Part shown: one piece after another, positions 39,517 through 48,434 of the stretch | Layout of the letters: every line of letters starts with the position of its first letter | Position numbering within the stretch: the stretch's first letter is position 1 | Sequence record: OR770614.1 | DNA from: Staphylococcus phage vB_StaM_PB50 | Strand: one strand, 5' to 3' | DNA length: 64,000 nucleotides | Notes under the pieces: model-generated | What the model was told of the DNA's origin: nothing | The model's input: only the letters and a program-made list of their open reading frames with translations | The model's database searches: none | Position numbers and translations under genes: made by a program

Positions 39517-39810
39517 TTACGAATTAATTTCTCTAATTATCTTTTTATTTAAATCTTCAAACTCATAAATATCTTCAATAGAAAAACTATGTGAAGACAC
39601 AGGTATATCATCTTTAGTTAATAAGAATGAAAGTACATATTTATCATTAATATCAGCATCAGAAATTAAATATATATTTCGTTCACCATCGTCATTAATA
39701 TTGTCAAATACCGCATCACAATTTTTAAATATCGCCTTTAGTAATTCATCTTTATCATAATGAAACTTCTCTAATAAATTATCATTAAAAATATTTTCTT
39801 CATTAATCAT
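39517..39810 (-). CDS. hypothetical protein
   Basis: ORF. Confidence 0.4.
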   Translation of the reverse strand: MINEENIFNDNLLEKFHYDKDELLKAIFKNCDAVFDNINDDGERNIYLISDADINDKYVLSFLLTKDDIPVSSHSFSIEDIYEFEDLNKKIIREINS

Positions 39811-39886
39811 ACTTAAATTCCTCCTTAGTAATTTTTATATAATATACCAAACTCTAAAGTTAATTAGAGTTTGGTTAAATCAATTA

Positions 39887-41803
39887 TTAAATATCAAAAT
39901 CAAATAATGGATCGAACATAGATTCATCATCTTTACTGAAGAATCCATTAGTTTCATCTGTAGTAAGCTGAGCACGAACATTTTCAAATATCAATGAATG
40001 TACTGGTGAAGGTGAATTTAATATAGAGTTACCTACATTACGTAAAGTAATTTTAGGATTAAAGTCAGGATCTTTATATTTCACTCTATCTTTATATATA
40101 GTATCATTTAAGAATACCATATTACGAATAATAGTCTCAACATGAACTGACATAACATCTGTACCTGATTTTAATAATAGATCCATTACATCATTAAACA
40201 TTCTTTGATAATCTTTTTCTTCATAATCATTCTTAATAAAATTACTTCTTTCTAATATAGAACGAATTTTTAGAAGTGGATCTGCGACACCTTCATTTTT
40301 AATTTTAATATTAAATAAGAAATTCTCTCCTAAATCTTTCATATTAAATACATAAGCATTTTCATCTTCATTGTAGAATTTTTCAATTGAATCAAATTTC
40401 TGATCTGGTATTCTAAGAATAACAGGTGATTTAACTTCATGTACTTTAGTACCTATTTTAAATTTAAATGATTTAGCTTTATATTTTCCATAATCAATAT
40501 CTTCATTAATAATCATATCATCTATAATAACTTTAGTTTTCTCATCACGAGGAATAATATTATCACCAGAGAATTCAAAGTGTTCGTTAAATATATCTGG
40601 CCATGAGAATTCAGAAAGTTGAACAGCTTGAAGATGCTTTGTTGAAAGTAATTTCTGTGTCATAGGTTCTGTTAACTGTAATGTAGCTATGATACCTACT
40701 GCTAAATTTCTATTAATATCATATAGTCTTCTTCCATAACACATTTGACATATTTTACCATTTGGTTCAGCACATGTTATAGGAGATCTTAATGGTACAA
40801 TTTGCCCTATTAAATGAACATCATTTCTACTATCAATTAATTTAAATTCTTGATCGTTATCATCATAATAATATCTATCATTAATACGATCTAGTTTTTC
40901 TTGACTATCTACATTAAAGTAAAGTAAGTGCTTACTACCACAATCATGATTATCTGATAGTTTTAAATCTGAAGTTAATAATGTAATCTTACGGTTTAAG
41001 TATCCTGATTCTCTAACTTTATTCTTAGAGTTCATTAATGCATTTAAAGAAGATTCTGCATCAATAGCAAATTGAGTTGTATTCTTTAATCCACGCATAA
41101 ATGAAGTATCAATAATATCAGTAACAACATCTCCACGAATATCAGGTTTAAATCCTACAAAACTTAATACCTCATTCAATTGTATTTTATTTATACCTGT
41201 TCCTGACTCTAAGAAAGTTTTATAATCATTTTCTTTATCCATCTTAATATGTTTAATAAGATTATCCATATTAGGTTTTTGAACTTCATTAATAATTTGT
41301 TGATACGTTAAATTAGGATCGATATCGTCATTATCAAAGTTAATTAATCTTTCAATTTCTTTATCTTCATTAGCTAATCTCATAATATCATATAAAGATA
41401 TAGAAGGTCCATCTACAGGAAGAATATATTCATTTGAGAATATAGTAAGTTCATCAATGATATAAGCTATTGATTGACTGATTTTAATAGGATCATGTCC
41501 TTCTTTAATAAAGTTCACTACAATTTTATCAAAATAATCATAGTATTCATTAATATTAGTTGGATTAACTAAATACTCTTCTGTAAATTTCTTATTCATT
41601 TCTCTAAAAGGTTTTCCTAAAATTAATAATGTTAAATAATTACTTTTAGAAATATTATCTTCAAAATAGTCATTCATTCTATCTTTAGGGTTATTAATAA
41701 TATCCTGCTTTAATTCTTCTATTATTTCATAATAATTATCTGAATGTAAATAATTATTATATTTACCCAATTTTAAATCCAAAACTAACTTTTCTTCACT
41801 CAT
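39887..41803 (-). CDS. RNAP beta-prime C-terminal-type subunit of a second RNAP (uninterrupted)
   Basis: Bridge-helix-like ESGYLNRKITLL (SGYLTRRLVDV) and trigger-loop region ICQMCYGRRLYDINRNLAVGIIATLQLTEPMTQKLLSTKH (CxxCYGRDL...[25 protein letters not shown]). Confidence 0.7.
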   Translation of the reverse strand: MSEEKLVLDLKLGKYNNYLHSDNYYEIIEELKQDIINNPKDRMNDYFEDNISKSNYLTLLILGKPFREMNKKFTEEYLVNPTNINEYYDYFDKIVVNFIKEGHDPIKISQSIAYIIDELTIFSNEYILPVDGPSISLYDIMRLANEDKEIERLINFDNDDIDPNLTYQQIINEVQKPNMDNLIKHIKMDKENDYKTFLESGTGINKIQLNEVLSFVGFKPDIRGDVVTDIIDTSFMRGLKNTTQFAIDAESSLNALMNSKNKVRESGYLNRKITLLTSDLKLSDNHDCGSKHLLYFNVDSQEKLDRINDRYYYDDNDQEFKLIDSRNDVHLIGQIVPLRSPITCAEPNGKICQMCYGRRLYDINRNLAVGIIATLQLTEPMTQKLLSTKHLQAVQLSEFSWPDIFNEHFEFSGDNIIPRDEKTKVIIDDMIINEDIDYGKYKAKSFKFKIGTKVHEVKSPVILRIPDQKFDSIEKFYNEDENAYVFNMKDLGENFLFNIKIKNEGVADPLLKIRSILERSNFIKNDYEEKDYQRMFNDVMDLLLKSGTDVMSVHVETIIRNMVFLNDTIYKDRVKYKDPDFNPKITLRNVGNSILNSPSPVHSLIFENVRAQLTTDETNGFFSKDDESMFDPLFDFDI

Positions 41804-41909
41804 ATCCTAATCTCTCCTTAAGTATAAATAAATCAAATATTGTTACATGTTTATAATATATAATTGAATAATGATTTGTAATAAACCATTATTCAATTAT
41901 TTTTATATC

Positions 41910-44396
41910 TTAAAAATCACTATCATCATCTGCATTGTTATCATCAGAACCAAATGAATCATCATCTGTATTACCATCAGAACCAAATGAATCATCATCA
42001 GATTTTTTTGATAACTCATCTTCTTTTTTATCTTTTTCTATATCTTTTTTAACATTCTCAATAATGTTTTCAAATCTATCATAAGATAAATTAGACATAA
42101 ATTCTTGTGTTACTAATTCTTTCCTAAATAATCTCTTAAGTTTATCATTTTCAGTCTCGTCTTCAGTTTCTGGAGTATATAAAGGAACTAAGAAATCTAA
42201 CATTTGTGTTACTGCACCAACTTCTTCATTTAAATTACCTAAATTTAAAAATACTGGTGGTGGGAAATATGCTTCTATTTCTGATACAGTTCCTAATAGT
42301 TCTTCATAATCTTTTTCATTATTAGTTTCTTTATTTTCTAAATAATATAAACGTCTTAATACTTTAGTAAAGAAATCTCCAAATGAATTTTGATAGTTAA
42401 CTACTTTTCTTACAAATCCATTATTTTGCATTGCTAATGATCTTGCATAATCAGTTTCAGCTTCAGAATCAATATAATTTAAAGGTACTCCTGTACCTGA
42501 AATAACGGATTTCTTAAGCCATTCTAAGAATTCATCATTAATATCAATTTGAATACCTGAAATGGTATCTATTTCTAAAGGTGTATTACCATCTTTATTC
42601 TCAGGAATGTACATGTTCTCTAAATTACCTACTTGGTTAAACATTGTTTGAACTGATGTTCCATCTCCAAACATACCAGAAGACATTTCACTAGATCTTA
42701 CATTACGGATAACTTCTTCTACAGTACCTTCATAATCATCATCTAATCCAGATTTAACTCTAAATACACGTCTATCTCTTGACTGATTTATTTTAACCAT
42801 CATTGTAGTAATTAATGTACTTAAATATAATTTAGCAAAGAATAATGATTTGTATAATCTTGAAACTCCATATGTCTTCTGACTATCAAGTTTATGATGT
42901 ACAACTTCTTCAGGTTCTAAGTACGTTAATTTAATACCATTTTCAATAATATAATTTTTACGTATTAAACGATATATAACATCTTTAAAAGAATCATTTT
43001 TATTTACAAAATCCATATCAATCTTTTTAGCTATACCTTTAACCATTACATCTACAAGACCTTGATAAGCCATTAATGTATTACCATTTTCAAAGTAAGA
43101 ACCTGAAGTAGCATTCATTCCAGCATTTGGATTTTTAGAATTAGTAGTTGTTCCTCCCGTAGCTGAATTACCTGTAACAGGATCTAAATTAGTTATTCCC
43201 ATTCCATTTGGCATAGAACCCATTTGGGATTGTTTTTGATATCCATCTCCCATAATACCGTTCATAGCACTTAATAAAGGATTTGCTCCTCCTCTAATAT
43301 CAGTACCAGAATCAGGTTCAATATAAAGATAACCAATACATAAACCATCAATTTCTAATTTAATCATATCTTCTGGATTAACATTTCGGAAATATGTAGT
43401 TCCACTTTTAATCTTTTTATCTCTGTTACTTCCTTGAGCTTTATCTAAGAAAGATTGAAGGTCATTTGAACCTTTATATTTACCAACATCAGAAAGCAAT
43501 TCAGAAGAATTTTTAAAGAACTCTACATTTTCATTAATACTCTTAAGAATCTCATTTTTAAAATTTTCTTTTTGTAATTTAACATTCTTTTCATCTTTAT
43601 ATATTGATCCTTCATCAATATGATTATTTAATTCCTTAAGTAAGATATCTAAATCTTCATTATTAATTTCTTCATCTAAAAATGATTCATTAATAACTTT
43701 AGCATCATCAACAGAAGAACTTTCTCTACCTAAAACATCATCGTTCTCAGTAAGTATTTCTTCAAAATCTTTTCTAGTATCTTTAATAATATAGAAGAGA
43801 TCACCTAACATTAATCCTTCTCTCACTGAAGGATATATTAATTTATTTAAATCATATTTATCTACAATACGATCTAATTCTCTTTTAACTTTTCTATTCT
43901 CTTCATTATTTTCATTAATGTCAGATTTATATCTATACATTAATGATAATTTACTAGTATCATCAGGAGCTATAATTGAAGTTGAGAATACATCTATACT
44001 AGAAGAAATTTCTGGTATAAATTTATCTATAATACGATAATCATCATATCTAGATATTCTAGCTACTTCAGTACTAAAATCTTGATCATCGATATTCTCT
44101 TTAATAAAATCATTAACAAAGTTTTGTCTCTCATCTTTAGATACAGTTTTATTCCTTCTACTGTTACTCATTTCTTTAGCAGTAACCTTAGCACCTAAAG
44201 ATAATAAATCTCCACCATTTTCATCTCTATGACTAGTTTTTCTTCTTATATTAGGCAATCTTTTATTAAAATCGTTAATACTATTTCCTAGTATTTTAGG
44301 ATTTTCTTCAGGATCTAAACTTTTAATAATATCTTTATCTAAATTATTAAAAGAATTATTTATTTTATTATTTTCATCAGCCAAATTCCATTTCAT
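41910..44396 (-). CDS. large hypothetical protein with acidic DDDSFGSD repeats at the C-terminus
   Basis: 828-aa ORF upstream of the beta-prime C gene; no RNAP motif recognised. Confidence 0.5.
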   Translation of the reverse strand: MKWNLADENNKINNSFNNLDKDIIKSLDPEENPKILGNSINDFNKRLPNIRRKTSHRDENGGDLLSLGAKVTAKEMSNSRRNKTVSKDERQNFVNDFIKENIDDQDFSTEVARISRYDDYRIIDKFIPEISSSIDVFSTSIIAPDDTSKLSLMYRYKSDINENNEENRKVKRELDRIVDKYDLNKLIYPSVREGLMLGDLFYIIKDTRKDFEEILTENDDVLGRESSSVDDAKVINESFLDEEINNEDLDILLKELNNHIDEGSIYKDEKNVKLQKENFKNEILKSINENVEFFKNSSELLSDVGKYKGSNDLQSFLDKAQGSNRDKKIKSGTTYFRNVNPEDMIKLEIDGLCIGYLYIEPDSGTDIRGGANPLLSAMNGIMGDGYQKQSQMGSMPNGMGITNLDPVTGNSATGGTTTNSKNPNAGMNATSGSYFENGNTLMAYQGLVDVMVKGIAKKIDMDFVNKNDSFKDVIYRLIRKNYIIENGIKLTYLEPEEVVHHKLDSQKTYGVSRLYKSLFFAKLYLSTLITTMMVKINQSRDRRVFRVKSGLDDDYEGTVEEVIRNVRSSEMSSGMFGDGTSVQTMFNQVGNLENMYIPENKDGNTPLEIDTISGIQIDINDEFLEWLKKSVISGTGVPLNYIDSEAETDYARSLAMQNNGFVRKVVNYQNSFGDFFTKVLRRLYYLENKETNNEKDYEELLGTVSEIEAYFPPPVFLNLGNLNEEVGAVTQMLDFLVPLYTPETEDETENDKLKRLFRKELVTQEFMSNLSYDRFENIIENVKKDIEKDKKEDELSKKSDDDSFGSDGNTDDDSFGSDDNNADDDSDF

Positions 44397-44421
44397 CTCC
44401 TTTTTAGAATTTTTCCTTACA

Positions 44422-45207
44422 TTATATATTATAAATCAAAAAATCTAAATTTGCTATAAATTTATCTTGAGAAATTGAAAATTTTAGTAAGATAAATTCA
44501 CTATATACATCTGTTTCCGGAGCAAAGATATCTACATGAACTTCAGGACAAACAATATTTCCTTTTGTCGTTTTATATTTTAATCCTAATAGATATTTCT
44601 TTGAAGTTCTGAAATCAATTAAATAATCATCTTCATCATAAATATAATACGGTTCTCTTACAAACATTTCATTTTCAGTAAATATACATTTAAAGAATTC
44701 AGAAGGTTTACATTCTTTAATATATAATAAAGATTTTTCATCTAAATTAAAAGAATAGAAAGGATCTGATTCTTTAAGAAATTTAATAGCATCCTCTGTA
44801 TAATTATATTCTTCATTGATATTCTCTTCAATATGATAATCTTTATCATCAATAATTGTTTCTAAATCAGATTCTCTAGTAAACTTAATACCTTTATTAT
44901 CTTCATCATTAAAGAATTCTACTTTAATAATTTTATCAGCTTTATTAGTTCTAACTTGTATAAAATCTTCTACATTAAAGCTACAATATTCAATTGGAAG
45001 AAGATAATCATAAATTGGATTATCTTCTTTAATTTGTACATTAACATTATTAGGTATAGTCTCTAAATTAGAACCATTAGTAAATACATTATTTTTGAAA
45101 TCTATCAATTTATTTCCATTTTCAATATTATTAAATAATTTAGAAATTTCTTCAAAAGTCATGACTAATTTATTTACTATTTTACTTTCTTCAATTAAAA
45201 TACTCAA
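44422..45207 (-). CDS. hypothetical protein
   Basis: ORF. Confidence 0.45.
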   Translation of the reverse strand: MSILIEESKIVNKLVMTFEEISKLFNNIENGNKLIDFKNNVFTNGSNLETIPNNVNVQIKEDNPIYDYLLPIEYCSFNVEDFIQVRTNKADKIIKVEFFNDEDNKGIKFTRESDLETIIDDKDYHIEENINEEYNYTEDAIKFLKESDPFYSFNLDEKSLLYIKECKPSEFFKCIFTENEMFVREPYYIYDEDDYLIDFRTSKKYLLGLKYKTTKGNIVCPEVHVDIFAPETDVYSEFILLKFSISQDKFIANLDFLIYNI

Positions 45208-45210
45208 AGG

Positions 45211-46152
45211 TTAAGCTCCTTTACTTTTTATTTTATCAGATACTTTCTTAGCTGCAACATTCAATGGAGGTAAACCATGAAATTCTTGAGCAAATGCTAC
45301 ACTATCTTGACTGTTAAATTTACTAATAAATTCAGTATTAAAGTCGTAATTTAATTTGTCTTCTTCATACTTAGGAACTGTCATTGTAGATTTATCTTGT
45401 ATTTGAATTTTACCTATATGTCCTTCAGGTGTTATATTATATGCTCTAATAATAGATGGATATAGAGCAGTCAAGTCAAAGTCACAAACATTACTAAATA
45501 ATCTATTAGATCTAATATCTCTACCTTTAACTAAAATATCACCCATACGTTCTATTAATGTCATATTAGCTACAAATCCACCACGTATTTTATCTGCGTT
45601 TGGATCAGATAGTATTTTAGAGTGATTATTACTTAATACATATCCTTGATTTTCAAAGAAGACAGAACTACGATTTCTTAAACAAATAGTTTTCTTAAGT
45701 GCTTTACTTGGTCTCGTTCTAGTCATATCTACAATAGAGAATAATAAATCAAACATATTAGTGTTCTTTTCTATTAAAGCAGTTAATACTGTATCTTTAA
45801 TATTGTATAGAATAAATGTATAATAATCTCTAAAATGTAAATCAGAGATAGATCCTTCATATACATCCTTTTTAATACCAGTTTCTTTTTCACCAACATC
45901 ATTTAACTTAACTGATTCCATAACACCATTTGGTTTATTTACATTTGCATATAAAGCTAATTGGTCAATCCAGTTAGTGTATGAGTTAGTTTCGAATGTA
46001 GATGATCTATTAGCTGCATCTGTAGCATTTTTATCTAATCTATAATAAGCTTTTTTATCTTGTAAATCTTTAGAACAGAAATAATCAGCTGGATCTTCTC
46101 CATTAGCTCTGATTCTTTCAAATATAGCAGGAAAATCGTAATCAAGATTCCA
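45211..46152 (-). CDS. family B DNA polymerase, distal exon (Exo II to motif A); the listed ORF 45211..45921 extends upstream in frame to about 46152
   Basis: WNLDYDFPAIFERI (Exo II WN..FD.PY) and DFDLTALYPSII (motif A DxxSLYPS). Protein stops about 60 aa after motif A, with no motif B or C. Confidence 0.7.
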   Translation of the reverse strand, partial: WNLDYDFPAIFERIRANGEDPADYFCSKDLQDKKAYYRLDKNATDAANRSSTFETNSYTNWIDQLALYANVNKPNGVMESVKLNDVGEKETGIKKDVYEGSISDLHFRDYYTFILYNIKDTVLTALIEKNTNMFDLLFSIVDMTRTRPSKALKKTICLRNRSSVFFENQGYVLSNNHSKILSDPNADKIRGGFVANMTLIERMGDILVKGRDIRSNRLFSNVCDFDLTALYPSIIRAYNITPEGHIGKIQIQDKSTMTVPKYEEDKLNYDFNTEFISKFNSQDSVAFAQEFHGLPPLNVAAKKVSDKIKSKGA

Positions 46153-46293
46153 CTTTTATTTAAATAGACTGTATCTTATTTGTTATTTAAACAAATTTCC
46201 TTATTCAGTCGTTGAACGTATATTAATACGATGCTGATTAGTTTAAACACTTCCAGCAATTAAAGGAATTTTACACGACCTAGAATTTTGATT
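46153..46293 (-). mobile_element. small intron-like element (conserved core family) in the DNA polymerase gene
   Basis: Core TTAATTGCTGGAAG..TAATCAGCATCG..GTTCAACGACTGAATA..GATACAGTCTAT. Joining the flanks gives PDVCTA|WNLDYDFP, matching the family B PDVITGWN..FD.PY. The exon side ends in U and the element ends in G. Confidence 0.55.
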
Positions 46294-46606
46294 AAGCCGT
46301 ACATACATCAGGTTTACTAATTTCATTAATATAATATAAAAATGCTTTTATAATTTCCATTTCAGATTCTAATTCATATATTTCAAATTCTAATCCTAGA
46401 TTACCAATTTTACTATTTTCATTATTATAAATATTATTTAAATCTTCTAACAGTTTACTTTTATTTTCCATAGTTTCTTTATAAGTATCTGTATCATATT
46501 TTAAAGCAAATGTTAAACATTTACGTTTACTCCAGTCAACAGCAGTTATAATATTAACTTCAGCCTCTGCTTTTTCTGGTTCAGGGACATTTATATTAAC
46601 TTTATA
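46294..46606 (-). CDS. family B DNA polymerase, middle exon (approximate limits)
   Basis: NVPEPEKAEAEVNIITAVDWSKRKCLTFALK resembles the T4 gp43 segment FPDPMKAEYEIDAITHYDSIDDRFYVFDLL as I recall it; SEMEIIKAFLYYINEISKPDVCTA is the pre-Exo II block. Confidence 0.5.
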
Positions 46607-47352
46607 CAATTGTATAAAGATTAGACTATATCTTTTAAATTCAAATATATTTCCATTTAAAATTTTTGTAAGTTTTACTATTTCTATAACCATTTGCAAC
46701 TGCTTGTATTCCTTTTCTATCTATATTTAATTCTTCCGCTGCAAATTTAGCACTTTCATATTCTTTTATAATTTTATCTGTTTCTTTATCTATTTGTGCC
46801 ACTGGTTTTCTTCTCTTTTTTAATGATTCTTCCATTTTATCAGTTTTATGAAGATTATTTTCTATAGCATGTAAATTATTTTCTAATACTGACATCCATT
46901 CTAAATTAGATAAATTATTATTTAATTTATTACCGTCAATATGATTAACTACATTTTTATCAATATCTTTATTTTCGATAAAATTCTCTGCAACTAAACG
47001 GTGTATTCTTCTTGTATGCTTCTTATTATTTTTATATAATTGAACATCTTCATAACCATTTTTATTTATTCTTGTCTTTAATACTCTTTCTTTAATAAGC
47101 ATTCTTTTATCTTTACCTTTTAAAGAATCATTATATACATATCTTGAAACCGATTTAACTTTACCAGTATTGGATATTTTATAGTAATTTTCAAAATCTT
47201 TAATGTCTTTCCATATTTCTTTCATTATTTTCCTCCTTTTATAAAGGAAGTATATTTGAATTATATTATTATATTTAGTCGTTGAACACTAAATTAGTGA
47301 TGCTGATTATTTTTAAACTTTTCAGCAATTAATAATTTTTTAATTGAGCTAC
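46607..47352 (-). mobile_element. intron-like element of the same core family carrying an HNH homing endonuclease ORF
   Basis: 5' part has core TTAATTGCTGAAAAG..TAATCAGCATCA..GTTCAACGACTAAATA followed by SD and HNH ORF. 3' part has GATATAGTCTAATC. Interrupts the polymerase just after Exo I. Confidence 0.6.
46641..47225 (-). CDS. HNH homing endonuclease (NUMOD4-like N-terminus plus HNH_3)
   Basis: WKDIKDFENYYKISNTGKV; HRLVAENFI...NHIDGNKLNNNLSNLEW HNH motif; strong SD AAAGGAGG. Confidence 0.8.
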   Translation of the reverse strand: MKEIWKDIKDFENYYKISNTGKVKSVSRYVYNDSLKGKDKRMLIKERVLKTRINKNGYEDVQLYKNNKKHTRRIHRLVAENFIENKDIDKNVVNHIDGNKLNNNLSNLEWMSVLENNLHAIENNLHKTDKMEESLKKRRKPVAQIDKETDKIIKEYESAKFAAEELNIDRKGIQAVANGYRNSKTYKNFKWKYI

Positions 47353-47844
47353 CTAAATTAACCCAACTGTTTGCGAAGAATCAACTTCTATATCAAAGAA
47401 AACTATATCAATTCCAACTTTACTATCTAAGTTTTGTTTGATATACTCATTAATATTATAATCTTCAATATTAATATCAGATCCATGAACATTATTCATT
47501 AAATGAAAATCTTTTAATTTTCTAAACTCTTCATAATTACCTGAAGATAATATTCTATCGTATTCTGATTTATCTTGAGCATTACCTGCTTCTCTAACTA
47601 TAGATTTAATAACATCTTTATGTTTACAGTGTACAGTTCTAACTTTTTCTTTAGCCATAGAACCTACAACTATATTAGGTGGTAACCAATGTTCATCTTT
47701 AGTTACATAATAATGCATCATAGGATCTACTATTTCCATATGTTTCTTAGTTCCATCTTCTTCTTTGACTACCATTACTACTTTTTCTTTTTTATTAGAT
47801 GTTTCTTTTTTATTCAAATATGTTGATTTTATAAAACGACCCAT
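47353..47844 (-). CDS. family B DNA polymerase, first exon (Exo I motif)
   Basis: GIDIVFFDIEVDS (Exo I FDIE). Confidence 0.65.
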   Translation of the reverse strand: MGRFIKSTYLNKKETSNKKEKVVMVVKEEDGTKKHMEIVDPMMHYYVTKDEHWLPPNIVVGSMAKEKVRTVHCKHKDVIKSIVREAGNAQDKSEYDRILSSGNYEEFRKLKDFHLMNNVHGSDINIEDYNINEYIKQNLDSKVGIDIVFFDIEVDSSQTVGLI

Positions 47845-47921
47845 AACTAAAAATTCCTCCTAATTCAAGTTATTTCATAATTGCTAGTTATTACAATTTT
47901 GTAAAAAATTAAAAATATAAT

Positions 47922-47950
47922 GCCAAACAACCTTATTAAAGTTGTTTGGC
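47922..47950. terminator. bidirectional terminator GCCAAACAAC-loop-GTTGTTTGGC
   Basis: 10-bp perfect inverted repeat with A-run and T-run flanks. Confidence 0.6.
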
Positions 47951-48009
47951 TTGTTTTATATTTATTTAGTCCAAATAAAAACTGTTTCTTTAGTAGTTTT
48001 TGATTCTTT

Positions 48010-48210
48010 TTAAATTTTCTCCTTTGATTTTAATTCTAAGTAATAATCATTTAACTTTTCACAAATATTTAAAGATAATCCACCTATTTCTCTTTTACCA
48101 TTCTTAAGTTTAGATATTTGTGATTGATCTACTTTTGTTTCTTTTGCAATTCTACTTCCATTTATATTACTTTTAAGTAATTTTTCTATATTATTTCTCA
48201 TCTCACTCAT
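48010..48210 (-). CDS. small HTH (XRE/Cro-like) DNA-binding protein
   Basis: SRIAKETKVDQSQISKLKNGKREIGGLSLNICEKLN fits the HTH_3 pattern. Confidence 0.6.
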   Translation of the reverse strand: MSEMRNNIEKLLKSNINGSRIAKETKVDQSQISKLKNGKREIGGLSLNICEKLNDYYLELKSKEKI

Positions 48211-48434
48211 ATATAAACTCCCATTCTATATTTTATAATAATTTATCTTCTTCATTATATACATATTTTTCTGTATCAACTGTGTCGATATCATCTTGCT
48301 GATATCTAGTTCTTAAATGTTCAAAGAATAAGTTAAGTGGTAAAGCAATTGCAATAGTCATTAAAGTAGATATTAGTAGTCTTTTTTTATTCATTTTAAA
48401 ACATCCTTTTCAAATTTATTTAAATAAGTCTTGT

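Noticed and set aside
41910-44396. Large ORF next to the beta-prime C gene as the cognate RNAP beta subunit
   Set aside because: No beta signature blocks (GDK.AGRHGNKGV, SRMN, GGQRFGEME-like) could be found by eye; left as hypothetical.
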